From Corallococcus llansteffanensis (GTDB taxonomy: Bacteria; Myxococcota; Myxococcia; Myxococcales; Myxococcaceae), in assembly GCF_003612055.1 (NCBI RefSeq), contig NZ_RAWB01000277.1, forward strand, positions 1 to 13,030: a stretch of 13,030 nucleotides of DNA, written 5' to 3'. Below are positions 1 through 6,460 of the stretch, one piece after another. Each line of letters begins with the position of its first letter. The stretch's first letter is position 1. The notes below the pieces were generated by a model, which was not told the origin of the DNA, did no database searches, and saw only the letters and a program-made list of their open reading frames with translations. A program made the position numbers and the translations under genes.

Positions 1-1
1 G

Positions 2-751
2 CTGTGGCTCACCACGGGCGATGCGCTCCTGTGGCGGCAGACCGGCACGACATCGCCCTGGACGCCGTCCCTGTACCTGCTGGAGGACTTCGCCTCGCCC
101 CAGGTGCAGCTGCGAGCCATCAGCGTGGGCTTCTTTGGATTCTCACCCCTGGGTGGAGGATCCAGCGCCCTGGACTTCCGGGTGGAGTGGCGCACCGCCC
201 ACGAACCCCTGCCCGCGGGCACGCTGCGGCCCGTGAGCCGGGGCGCGACATGCGTGCCGTCCATCCCGGAGGGCTGTCCCTGGACGGACGGCCGGCTCGA
301 AACCGTGGCCCTGTCCAACCCCAAGACAGACCCACGCGTGTACGGCCTCACCGTCACGCTGCCCCAGCCCACGCGCCCGCGCCACGCGGTGGTGCGCGGC
401 CTGCGCCATGCGCACGGCTACGAGGGCAAGGAGTGGCTCGTCCTGGAGGGCAGCCTGGATGGCGAGCACTGGCAGCTCCTCAACCGGACCGTGCTGCGGG
501 ACATGGACTCACGCACCCGGGCCGTGAACGCCGTCCTGCACAACCCCTACGGCGACCTCGCCCCACAGGACTCGCCCTACGGGGATGCCCCCATCCTCCT
601 GGGAGACGAAGAGCCCGTCTTCATCGAGCTGCCCCTGTCCGACGCGGAGCCCGCGCGCTACGTCCGGCTCTCCGTGGAGCTGTTGGACTTCGAAGGCAGT
701 ACATCCCCCGGAGCGCTCATGAAGCTCGCGGAGTTCTCCGTCTTTGAATAG
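2..751 (+). CDS. 3' part (C-terminus) of a larger protein ending in a discoidin / F5-8 type C (galactose-binding-like) domain; 5' end lies outside the window
   Basis: Frame 2 is open from nt 2 (no stop before the first Met at 104) to TAG at 749-751. GC3-rich codons. The C-terminal motifs 'EWLVLEGSLDGEHWQLL' and 'ARYVRLSVELLDFEG' are typical of discoidin domains. The competing frame-1 ORF 4..747 is Arg/Pro/Gly-rich shadow. Confidence 0.6.
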   Translation: MWLTTGDALLWRQTGTTSPWTPSLYLLEDFASPQVQLRAISVGFFGFSPLGGGSSALDFRVEWRTAHEPLPAGTLRPVSRGATCVPSIPEGCPWTDGRLETVALSNPKTDPRVYGLTVTLPQPTRPRHAVVRGLRHAHGYEGKEWLVLEGSLDGEHWQLLNRTVLRDMDSRTRAVNAVLHNPYGDLAPQDSPYGDAPILLGDEEPVFIELPLSDAEPARYVRLSVELLDFEGSTSPGALMKLAEFSVFE

Positions 752-772
752 CGCCGGGCGTTGATGGGTGAC

Positions 773-791
773 GCTGGCAAGCGTTGCCAGC
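773..791 (+). terminator. Perfect 8-bp stem hairpin GCTGGCAA-gcg-TTGCCAGC, 22 nt downstream of the stop at 751; possible terminator or regulator site
   Basis: Read directly from the sequence. No U-tract follows. A near-identical palindrome GGCAAGCATTGCC recurs at 809-821. Confidence 0.3.
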
Positions 792-886
792 AGCTCCCGC
801 CCCCGGACGGCAAGCATTGCCGGGCGCTCCCTGTCAAAACCCCGTGGGCGGGGGGCTTCCGGGCCGGCACGTGGAGTGCACTGCGT

Positions 887-905
887 GTGAACGCAATCCG
901 TTCAC
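887..905 (+). promoter_or_regulatory. 7-bp inverted repeat GTGAACG-caatc-CGTTCAC immediately upstream of the RBS (AGGAG at 910-914) of the gene starting at 924; candidate operator
   Basis: Palindrome seen in the sequence. Position about 20-35 nt upstream of the start codon. Confidence 0.25.
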
Positions 906-923
906 CCCCAGGAGCGCTTCCCC

Positions 924-2729
924 ATGTCACAAAGACTCTCCCTCGGTGCCTTTGGCGCCCTGGCCTCGCTTTGCCTTGCCTCCAGCGCATGGGCCGGCGC
1001 GGTCGAAGACTTCAAGAAGGGCAAGGACGTCCAGCTCACCGCCGTCTCGGCGGTCATGGACGGCGAAATCTACTCCATCGCCGGCTTCCAGATTCCCAAG
1101 GCCGCCGACACGCTCAACATCACCCTCACGGGCGCGGACCTGGGGCTGAACTTCTCCCAGTCCGTCTTCCTCACGGGCGTGCAGAGCGGCAACTCCATCC
1201 TCTGGACGTTCAACCAGACGTTCAATCCCCCCATCGCCGTCGATGGGACGACCGTGGTCAACCACGTCTCCGGGTTGCTCATCGTCAACGCAACCCTGCT
1301 CGCGGGCACCCACCACCCGCTGTGCGGCTTCCAGCCCTGCCTTCGCGACGTGCTGCTCACGCACGCTCCCGGCTCCTGGATCCTCGTGGAGGGAGAGGGC
1401 GCGCTCGGCATCGATTTCTCGCGGCTCGTCATGGTCGACTACTTCCGCGCGCTGGGAGGAATCCCCCAGCCCGGCCTCTCCGCCTTCTACGTCCCGGGCA
1501 CGGCCAAGGTCTGCTCTTCGCCCGTCACGACCTACCTGCCGATGACCGCGTTCCTCACCGGGTTCGCGCCGTCAGGGGGCACGAAGGTCGACTTCGTGAG
1601 CGCCTACCCCAAGGGCCTCAAGGTTCCGCCCAACCTCACCGTCCCCGGCGGTCAATCTACCGCGTCGTTCAAGGCCGCGGTGGCGCCTGACTTCACCGGC
1701 CAGGTGAACGTGGTCGCGTCGTCCGCGGGCGCCATCTACTCCCGCCTGGTGCAGATCTTCCCCCAGGCGGACTGTGACAGCGGCGGCAACCGGAACGACC
1801 CGTTCGACGTGCGGGCCTACGTCCCGGACCTGCTCCTGGGATGCATCAACTGCTCGGAGCTCATCGACCTGGGCATCCGGGGCCAGGGCCTCCTCCGCGT
1901 GCAGGGCCTGGATGTGTACTTCAATGGCAGTCAGCTCCGCCGCCTCTCCAGCGTGTTCGACGTGGTCTCGGTGAGCGCCGTGGACATGACGGACAGCGGG
2001 CTCGTCACCGGCTCGATGGTCGTCCGCGCGGGAGAGGCTCCGGTGGCGTTCAGGGCCAGCCTGGAGGGCGGCCCCACCACCCCGATCGTACTGGGTGCCT
2101 TCACCCCCACCGCCATCACCGCGAGCGGCGTCGTGATTGGCAATCACACCTCACGCACCAGCAGCGTCGCCATGTATCACGATGGCAGGTCGCTGAAGGA
2201 GCTGCCCATCCCCGGCGCCACCCGCAGCCAGGCCCTCGCGGTGAGCGAGGCCGGACACATCGTGGGCACCTACGAGCGGGACGGTGACGTGCGGGCCTTC
2301 CTCTTCACGGAGGGCGTGTTCCGGACGCTTCCCCAGCTTTCGCGCGCCACCACGACGGTCCCCGTGGCGGTCAACAACCGGGGACAGGTGGTCGCCCACT
2401 CCGTGGACGCCACCGGTGCCGTGCTCGCGGTGGCCATCATCGAACCCAATGACACCTTCCACCTCCTCGGCGTGCCCTCCGGCTTCACCGGGCTCACCGC
2501 CACCTCCATCAATGCACGGGGTTGGGTCTCGGCGACCGCCACCTCCCACACCGGGACGAGCGGCTTCCTCTACACCCGCGAGGATGGATGGGTGGATCTC
2601 AACCGCCGGCTCTCTCCGGCCGGCAGCGTGGTGGTGACGGACGCCCTGCGCATCACGGATGCGGATCAGGTGCTGGTGCACGGGACCGCCAACGGCAACC
2701 GCGCGCTCTACCTGCTCACCCTTCCCTGA
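924..2729 (+). CDS. Secreted 601-aa protein with N-terminal signal peptide and C-terminal degenerate ~45-aa repeats resembling the HAF extracellular repeat family
   Basis: ATG at 924 with AGGAG 9 nt upstream. N-terminus 'MSQRLSLGAFGALASLCLASSAWAGA' is a signal peptide with an AWA-G cleavage site. Repeats of the form '…IVGTYERDGDVRAFLFTEGVFRTL…NNRGQVVAHS…' and '…ARGWVSAT…SGFLYTREDGWVDL'. GC3-rich codon usage. Confidence 0.8.
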   Translation: MSQRLSLGAFGALASLCLASSAWAGAVEDFKKGKDVQLTAVSAVMDGEIYSIAGFQIPKAADTLNITLTGADLGLNFSQSVFLTGVQSGNSILWTFNQTFNPPIAVDGTTVVNHVSGLLIVNATLLAGTHHPLCGFQPCLRDVLLTHAPGSWILVEGEGALGIDFSRLVMVDYFRALGGIPQPGLSAFYVPGTAKVCSSPVTTYLPMTAFLTGFAPSGGTKVDFVSAYPKGLKVPPNLTVPGGQSTASFKAAVAPDFTGQVNVVASSAGAIYSRLVQIFPQADCDSGGNRNDPFDVRAYVPDLLLGCINCSELIDLGIRGQGLLRVQGLDVYFNGSQLRRLSSVFDVVSVSAVDMTDSGLVTGSMVVRAGEAPVAFRASLEGGPTTPIVLGAFTPTAITASGVVIGNHTSRTSSVAMYHDGRSLKELPIPGATRSQALAVSEAGHIVGTYERDGDVRAFLFTEGVFRTLPQLSRATTTVPVAVNNRGQVVAHSVDATGAVLAVAIIEPNDTFHLLGVPSGFTGLTATSINARGWVSATATSHTGTSGFLYTREDGWVDLNRRLSPAGSVVVTDALRITDADQVLVHGTANGNRALYLLTLP

Positions 2730-2766
2730 CCCACCTCCCTGCCCACACCCTCAAAGGATTTCCATC

Positions 2767-3519
2767 ATGATGAAGCACAAGAACAAACTCCTGCTCATGG
2801 CGGTCGTGTTCACCCTGTTCCAGGGTTGTGCGAGCTGCCTGCAGGAACCCTGCGTCCCCGGCATCAAGTTCCCGGAGCCCGGGTCCTGTCCCCTCAAGGG
2901 ACATCCCCAGGGCTCGTCCGGAGGAAAGTGCAACAACTTCATCGGCAACTTCGGTTGCGATGATCCGGACCACACGTGTGTCTCCAACACCTGCATTCCT
3001 TGCGGCCAGCCCGGCTCGGTCTGCTGCGAGCATCAGGGGTGCGACGGCATGGCGACGTGCGTGAAGCCCAAGGAGGACCACACCTTTTCCGTCTGCTCCA
3101 ATGAGTGCGTCCAGGTGGGCGACAGCTGCTGCACGAACAACCAGTGCGGCTCCGGCATGGTGTGCAACGCCAACCTCAAGCAATGCGTGCCGGCGAACGA
3201 GCCCACGTGCGGAATGGGCCCCACCCTCTTCGCGCTCGGGGTGATCTCCGACAACACGAAGTGCGGCGACGTGATCTTCATCAAGGAAGCCAGCCTGCAG
3301 GCCGCGAAGCAGTGCGTCCAACCCCAGGTCCAGGCCGCCGGGACGCACTTCGCCCCGGACAACACGCCGCTGCAGGAGTTCACCTTCTGCAACTCCGGCT
3401 CGGGGATCGACCCTTCGGCGACCGTGACCGTGGCGGCGTTCTCCTCAACCGATGCGGCGACGTGCGCCCACAACCTGTGCACCAACTGCGCGAGCACGGC
3501 TCCCGGCCCCTGTCCGTAG
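2767..3519 (+). CDS. Cysteine-rich lipoprotein (~250 aa) with duplicated CC-x3-[GQ]-C-x(1-2)-G-x(2-3)-C modules
   Basis: ATG ATG at 2767 with AAGGA at 2753-2757. 'MMKHKNKLLLMAVVFTLFQGC' contains a lipobox LFQG-C. About 30 Cys residues. Repeated blocks 'GSVCCEHQGCDGMATC' and 'GDSCCTNNQCGSGMVC'. It lies 37 nt after the upstream gene, consistent with an operon. Confidence 0.75.
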   Translation: MMKHKNKLLLMAVVFTLFQGCASCLQEPCVPGIKFPEPGSCPLKGHPQGSSGGKCNNFIGNFGCDDPDHTCVSNTCIPCGQPGSVCCEHQGCDGMATCVKPKEDHTFSVCSNECVQVGDSCCTNNQCGSGMVCNANLKQCVPANEPTCGMGPTLFALGVISDNTKCGDVIFIKEASLQAAKQCVQPQVQAAGTHFAPDNTPLQEFTFCNSGSGIDPSATVTVAAFSSTDAATCAHNLCTNCASTAPGPCP

Positions 3520-3532
3520 CCGCGGGCCCATG

Positions 3533-3574
3533 AAAAAAGCCCGGTCGGCCCTCTGGGAAAGAGGGCCGCCGGGC
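3533..3574 (-). terminator. Intrinsic terminator for the minus-strand gene 3604..5247: 14-bp stem with a 1-nt bulge and a 7-nt loop, followed on the minus strand by a U6 tract; also lies 3' of the plus-strand gene
   Basis: aaaaaa-GCCCGGtCGGCCCTC-tgggaaa-GAGGGCCGCCGGGC read from the sequence. The A6 on the plus strand gives U6 after the stem on the minus-strand transcript. Confidence 0.7.
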
Positions 3575-3603
3575 GAGCTCACAAGCGTGGGAGGCGGGGA
3601 CGA

Positions 3604-5247
3604 CTACCCGTTGCGGCGCACCATCGCGACGTCGTAGCGGCGGTCCGTCACGTAGCCCTCGGCGGCCTTGCCGGGGCGGGTCATCGCGCCCGTCTTCTCA
3701 TCCACGTAGAAGCGGTTGTTGGGGTTGGTGTCCTTGCCCTTGCTCGCGTTGGTCGTCCCCGGGTCGTGGAACGTGTAGTAGGTGCGGCCCTTGTCGTCGA
3801 CGCCGCGGCCCGTGATGGTCACGAAGTGGTCCGTGAGCCCGTCCGCGTTGTACTTCGCGTCCTTGTGGCTGACGCCCACCACCACCGGCTTGCCGGCGTC
3901 CAGCTGCTGGTCGATGTACTTGCGACCCTCGGCGGCCTTCTTGGAGTTCACCGAGAGCTGGCCGGTGCTGTTCTCGCTGGTGCCCACCTGGATGCGGCTG
4001 TCCGGGCCCGTCACGTTCGCGCCCACCTTGCCGGCCATCGCCTTCGCGGCGTCGAAGCACGCGGTCTTGCTGGGGGTGAAGCCGTGGCCGCCCTCGAACT
4101 GGCTGTAGTACGGCACCTTCACGTGCACCGCGGGGCCCGACTTGGACGGCGCCACCGTCTGCGTGTCGTTGAGGTCCACTTCCGTGGTGGGCTTCTGCGA
4201 GTTGGCGCCCGTCGTGTTGCTCGTGGCCGGCTTCGTGTTGCTCGTGGCCGGCTTCGTGCCGCCCGTCGTGTTGCTCGTGGCCGGCTTCGTGTCTGCCGTC
4301 GTGGTACCCGGGGTCGTGGTGCCGCCCGCCTTCTCCTTCTTGAGCAGCGCGAGCGCGTCCTTCACCTCGGACTTGAAGCGGTTGGCCACGCCCTCCTGCA
4401 CGCTCTTGGAGTTGCTGGAGAAGTGCACCAGCGTGCCGCTGGAGTTGGTGCGGCCGCGCTCGGCGTAGATGTCCTTGATGAGCTGCTCGTCGCTCACCTT
4501 GGAGGGGTCGCGGCCGGCCAGCGCCTTCTTGAAGATGTCATCCGCCGCGCCCGGCCCGTGCTGCACGGACGTGGACCAGGCCACGTCGCGCAGCGCCGCG
4601 GACCGCGTGTCCAGGTCGATGCCCGTCGCCTTCTTGATGTTGGCGGCGCCCACGTCGTAGTGCGTGGCCTTGATGTAGTCGTGCTGCGCCTTGTCGAAGC
4701 CCTTGGGGTCCTTCGCCGCGAGCTGCTTCCACGCGTTGGAGAACGCCTCCGAGCCCGGCTTGCTGCCCGACAGCGCCGCGTGGAACTCCGGGTTGCTCTT
4801 CTTCAGCGAGTTCACGAACGACTGCGCGGACCCGTTCGCCGACGCGAACTGGTAGGAGCCGTACGACACGCCGCCGTGGTCGCCCTTGCCCGTGGACACC
4901 GTGCCGGGGCCACGCGCCTCGTACTTGCGGCTCAGCCCGCCCAGCTCGCCGCCACCCGCCGGAGCCGTCGTCTGCTTCGTGGTGTCCGTCGCCTTCGTCC
5001 CGCCCGTGTTGGACGTCGCCGGCTTGGTGGTGTTGGTGGCCGGCTTCGTGCTCGTGCCACGCGGGGGCTTCGTGTCGAAGCCGTCCGGGATGCGCAGCGA
5101 CTGGCCCGCGCGGATGCGGTCCGGGTCCTTGATGTTGTTGGCCTTGGCCAGCGCCGCCACCGTCGTGTCGTTGCGCTTCGCGATCGCGGAGAGGGTGTCG
5201 CCGGAACGGACGCGGAGGCTGGAGACGGTCATCGAAGGCACCTTCAT
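3604..5247 (-). CDS. Multidomain putative peptidoglycan hydrolase: N-terminal LysM domain, Thr-rich linkers, a central lysozyme-like (GH108-like?) domain, and a C-terminal papain-fold Cys peptidase (Peptidase_C39_2 / YvpB-like). No signal peptide
   Basis: LysM: 'SLRVRSGDTLSAIAKRNDTTVAALAKANNIKDPDRIRAGQSLRIP'. Central domain: 'GDHGGVSYGSYQF…FDKAQHDYIKATHYD', resembling the D-x-GG-x-T-x-YG muramidase motif. C-terminal 'VPYYSQ…KTACFDAA…DHFVTITG' carries a catalytic Cys/His pair. An alternative start at the in-frame ATG 5232 (Met6) has an AAGGTG SD-like sequence 7 nt upstream. The antisense ORF 3766..5295 is shadow. Confidence 0.85.
   Translation of the reverse strand: MKVPSMTVSSLRVRSGDTLSAIAKRNDTTVAALAKANNIKDPDRIRAGQSLRIPDGFDTKPPRGTSTKPATNTTKPATSNTGGTKATDTTKQTTAPAGGGELGGLSRKYEARGPGTVSTGKGDHGGVSYGSYQFASANGSAQSFVNSLKKSNPEFHAALSGSKPGSEAFSNAWKQLAAKDPKGFDKAQHDYIKATHYDVGAANIKKATGIDLDTRSAALRDVAWSTSVQHGPGAADDIFKKALAGRDPSKVSDEQLIKDIYAERGRTNSSGTLVHFSSNSKSVQEGVANRFKSEVKDALALLKKEKAGGTTTPGTTTADTKPATSNTTGGTKPATSNTKPATSNTTGANSQKPTTEVDLNDTQTVAPSKSGPAVHVKVPYYSQFEGGHGFTPSKTACFDAAKAMAGKVGANVTGPDSRIQVGTSENSTGQLSVNSKKAAEGRKYIDQQLDAGKPVVVGVSHKDAKYNADGLTDHFVTITGRGVDDKGRTYYTFHDPGTTNASKGKDTNPNNRFYVDEKTGAMTRPGKAAEGYVTDRRYDVAMVRRNG
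4213..4290 (-). repeat. In-frame tandem 21-nt repeat (three copies of CGTGTTGCTCGTGGCCGGCTT at 4213, 4234 and 4267) encoding KPATSNT linker repeats on the minus strand. A second Thr/Pro-rich linker region lies at about 4960-5060
   Basis: Perfect 21-mer copies read directly from the sequence. Translation of the minus strand gives TKPATSNTKPATSNT. Confidence 0.65.
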
Positions 5248-5424
5248 GTCGGGCCGCGAACAACGGGGGTCGCGGACGTGATTGGATTGCCGTGATTATC
5301 GACAGGCAATGAAGGCAGTTTCTCATTCTCAGTCACAATCGTGTCAAACCAGTGATTCCAGTAACTTCAGTTTCGGCGGATCAATCCGCTGAGACTAGAG
5401 AACCCGCCCAGGAGGCCCAATCGG
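5248..5424. promoter_or_regulatory. Divergent intergenic promoter region, locally AT-richer, between the LysM-peptidase gene (minus) and the secreted protein gene (plus). Contains GTGATT x3, the inverted repeat ATTGCC-n13-GGCAAT and the palindrome CGGATCAATCCG (5377-5388)
   Basis: Drop in GC compared with the flanks. Divergent gene starts on both sides. AGGAGG RBS at 5410-5415 for the plus-strand gene. Confidence 0.4.
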
Positions 5425-6456
5425 ATGTCCAGGATCCAACCGGATTTCAAAATTTTGCCATTGCTGTTCGCCCTTGGCCTCACGGGCGCGGTCCCGAATG
5501 CCTCGGCTCAGGGGCCTGGAGGACTCACGGGCGTCTATTCCAAGGATGGCGGGGCGCTGGCCATCGTCGAGGGGAGCAACGAGACGCTGATCCACTACTC
5601 GGCCGGCTTTCCGCAGGGCGACAGCGTGGGCACGTGCGACTGCGCGCTGGTCGTTCAACGCAAGACGTCAACGCGCTGGACGCTGAACGTGGCCGGGGAG
5701 AAGGAGCCCTGGACGCTGCGCGTCGAACCCAAGCAGCTCGTCCTGGAGACGAAGGCGCCCACCTGCTGCGGCGCGGGCTACCCGGGCAAGGACACCTTCA
5801 CGCGGGGCACGCCCCAGCCGCTGACCGTCTGCAAGGTGAAGGCATCCAAGGCGGGCTTCTTCGCGTCGGATGAAGCCAATACGCCGCGCAAGACGTTCGT
5901 GGTGTCTGGCGACGCGGTGGAGGCCTACCTGGACCCCGTGGAGCCGGACCTCATCCCCGCGCGCTTCCAGGGGCCCCAGAAGGCCACGGCGGGGCTGCTC
6001 AAGCGCGCGGACCTGGACTGCGAGGCGGCCAAGGCCCCCACGGCGAGCAAGGCGCCCGTGGCGGCCGACAAGCTCCAGCCCTTCGCGGGCACATGGGTGG
6101 AATTGACGCGCAAGGGCAAGGGCTTCGTCATCCTCAAGCCCTGCTCCGCCAAGAACCGCAGCTTCACCGTCAAGCCCGCGACGGGCGAGGTGGAGGTGCA
6201 GCTGGGACAGGAGGCGACGACACTGAAGGCGACGTCGCTGGAGCCCGGCAAGGGCGCCGGGGCCTGGGTGCTGGGGCTCACGTCCACGGAGGGCAAGCCG
6301 GAGGCGCTCCAGTGGAAGACGGCCGACGCGGCGAAGGGCACCGTGTCGGTGACGAGCCCGGACCTCTTCTCCCAGAGCCATGACTACGTGCGTCAGGAGA
6401 AGCAGTCCGCGTTCCCGGTGAAGCAGGAGACCGGCTGCGACGAGTACGAGCAGTAG
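5425..6456 (+). CDS. Secreted hypothetical protein (343 aa) with signal peptide
   Basis: ATG at 5425 with AGGAGG 9 nt upstream. N-terminus 'MSRIQPDFKILPLLFALGLTGAVPNASAQG' is a signal peptide. GC3-rich coding frame. The antisense ORFs 5668..6381 and 5925..6341 are shadows. Confidence 0.75.
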   Translation: MSRIQPDFKILPLLFALGLTGAVPNASAQGPGGLTGVYSKDGGALAIVEGSNETLIHYSAGFPQGDSVGTCDCALVVQRKTSTRWTLNVAGEKEPWTLRVEPKQLVLETKAPTCCGAGYPGKDTFTRGTPQPLTVCKVKASKAGFFASDEANTPRKTFVVSGDAVEAYLDPVEPDLIPARFQGPQKATAGLLKRADLDCEAAKAPTASKAPVAADKLQPFAGTWVELTRKGKGFVILKPCSAKNRSFTVKPATGEVEVQLGQEATTLKATSLEPGKGAGAWVLGLTSTEGKPEALQWKTADAAKGTVSVTSPDLFSQSHDYVRQEKQSAFPVKQETGCDEYEQ

Positions 6457-6460
6457 CGCG

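Noticed and set aside
761-1690. 309-aa plus-strand ORF (and 784..1149, 927..1364 minus) overlapping the start of the HAF-repeat gene
   Set aside because: Arg/Pro/Gly-rich shadows in alternative frames; frame 924..2729 has a signal peptide, SD and GC3 bias.
4213-4290. Short tandem repeats considered as a possible CRISPR array or minisatellite
   Set aside because: Repeats are contiguous 21-mers with no spacers, lie in-frame inside a CDS, and encode a Thr-rich linker.
3766-5295. 509-aa plus-strand ORF antisense to the LysM-peptidase gene (also 4538..5326 minus, 3698..4060 minus)
   Set aside because: Arg/Ala/Val/Gly-rich shadow ORFs; the minus-strand frame 3604..5247 carries recognisable LysM and peptidase domains.
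5668-6381. 237-aa minus-strand ORF antisense to the secreted protein gene 5425..6456
   Set aside because: Arg/Leu/Gly-rich shadow; the plus frame has SD, signal peptide and GC3 bias.
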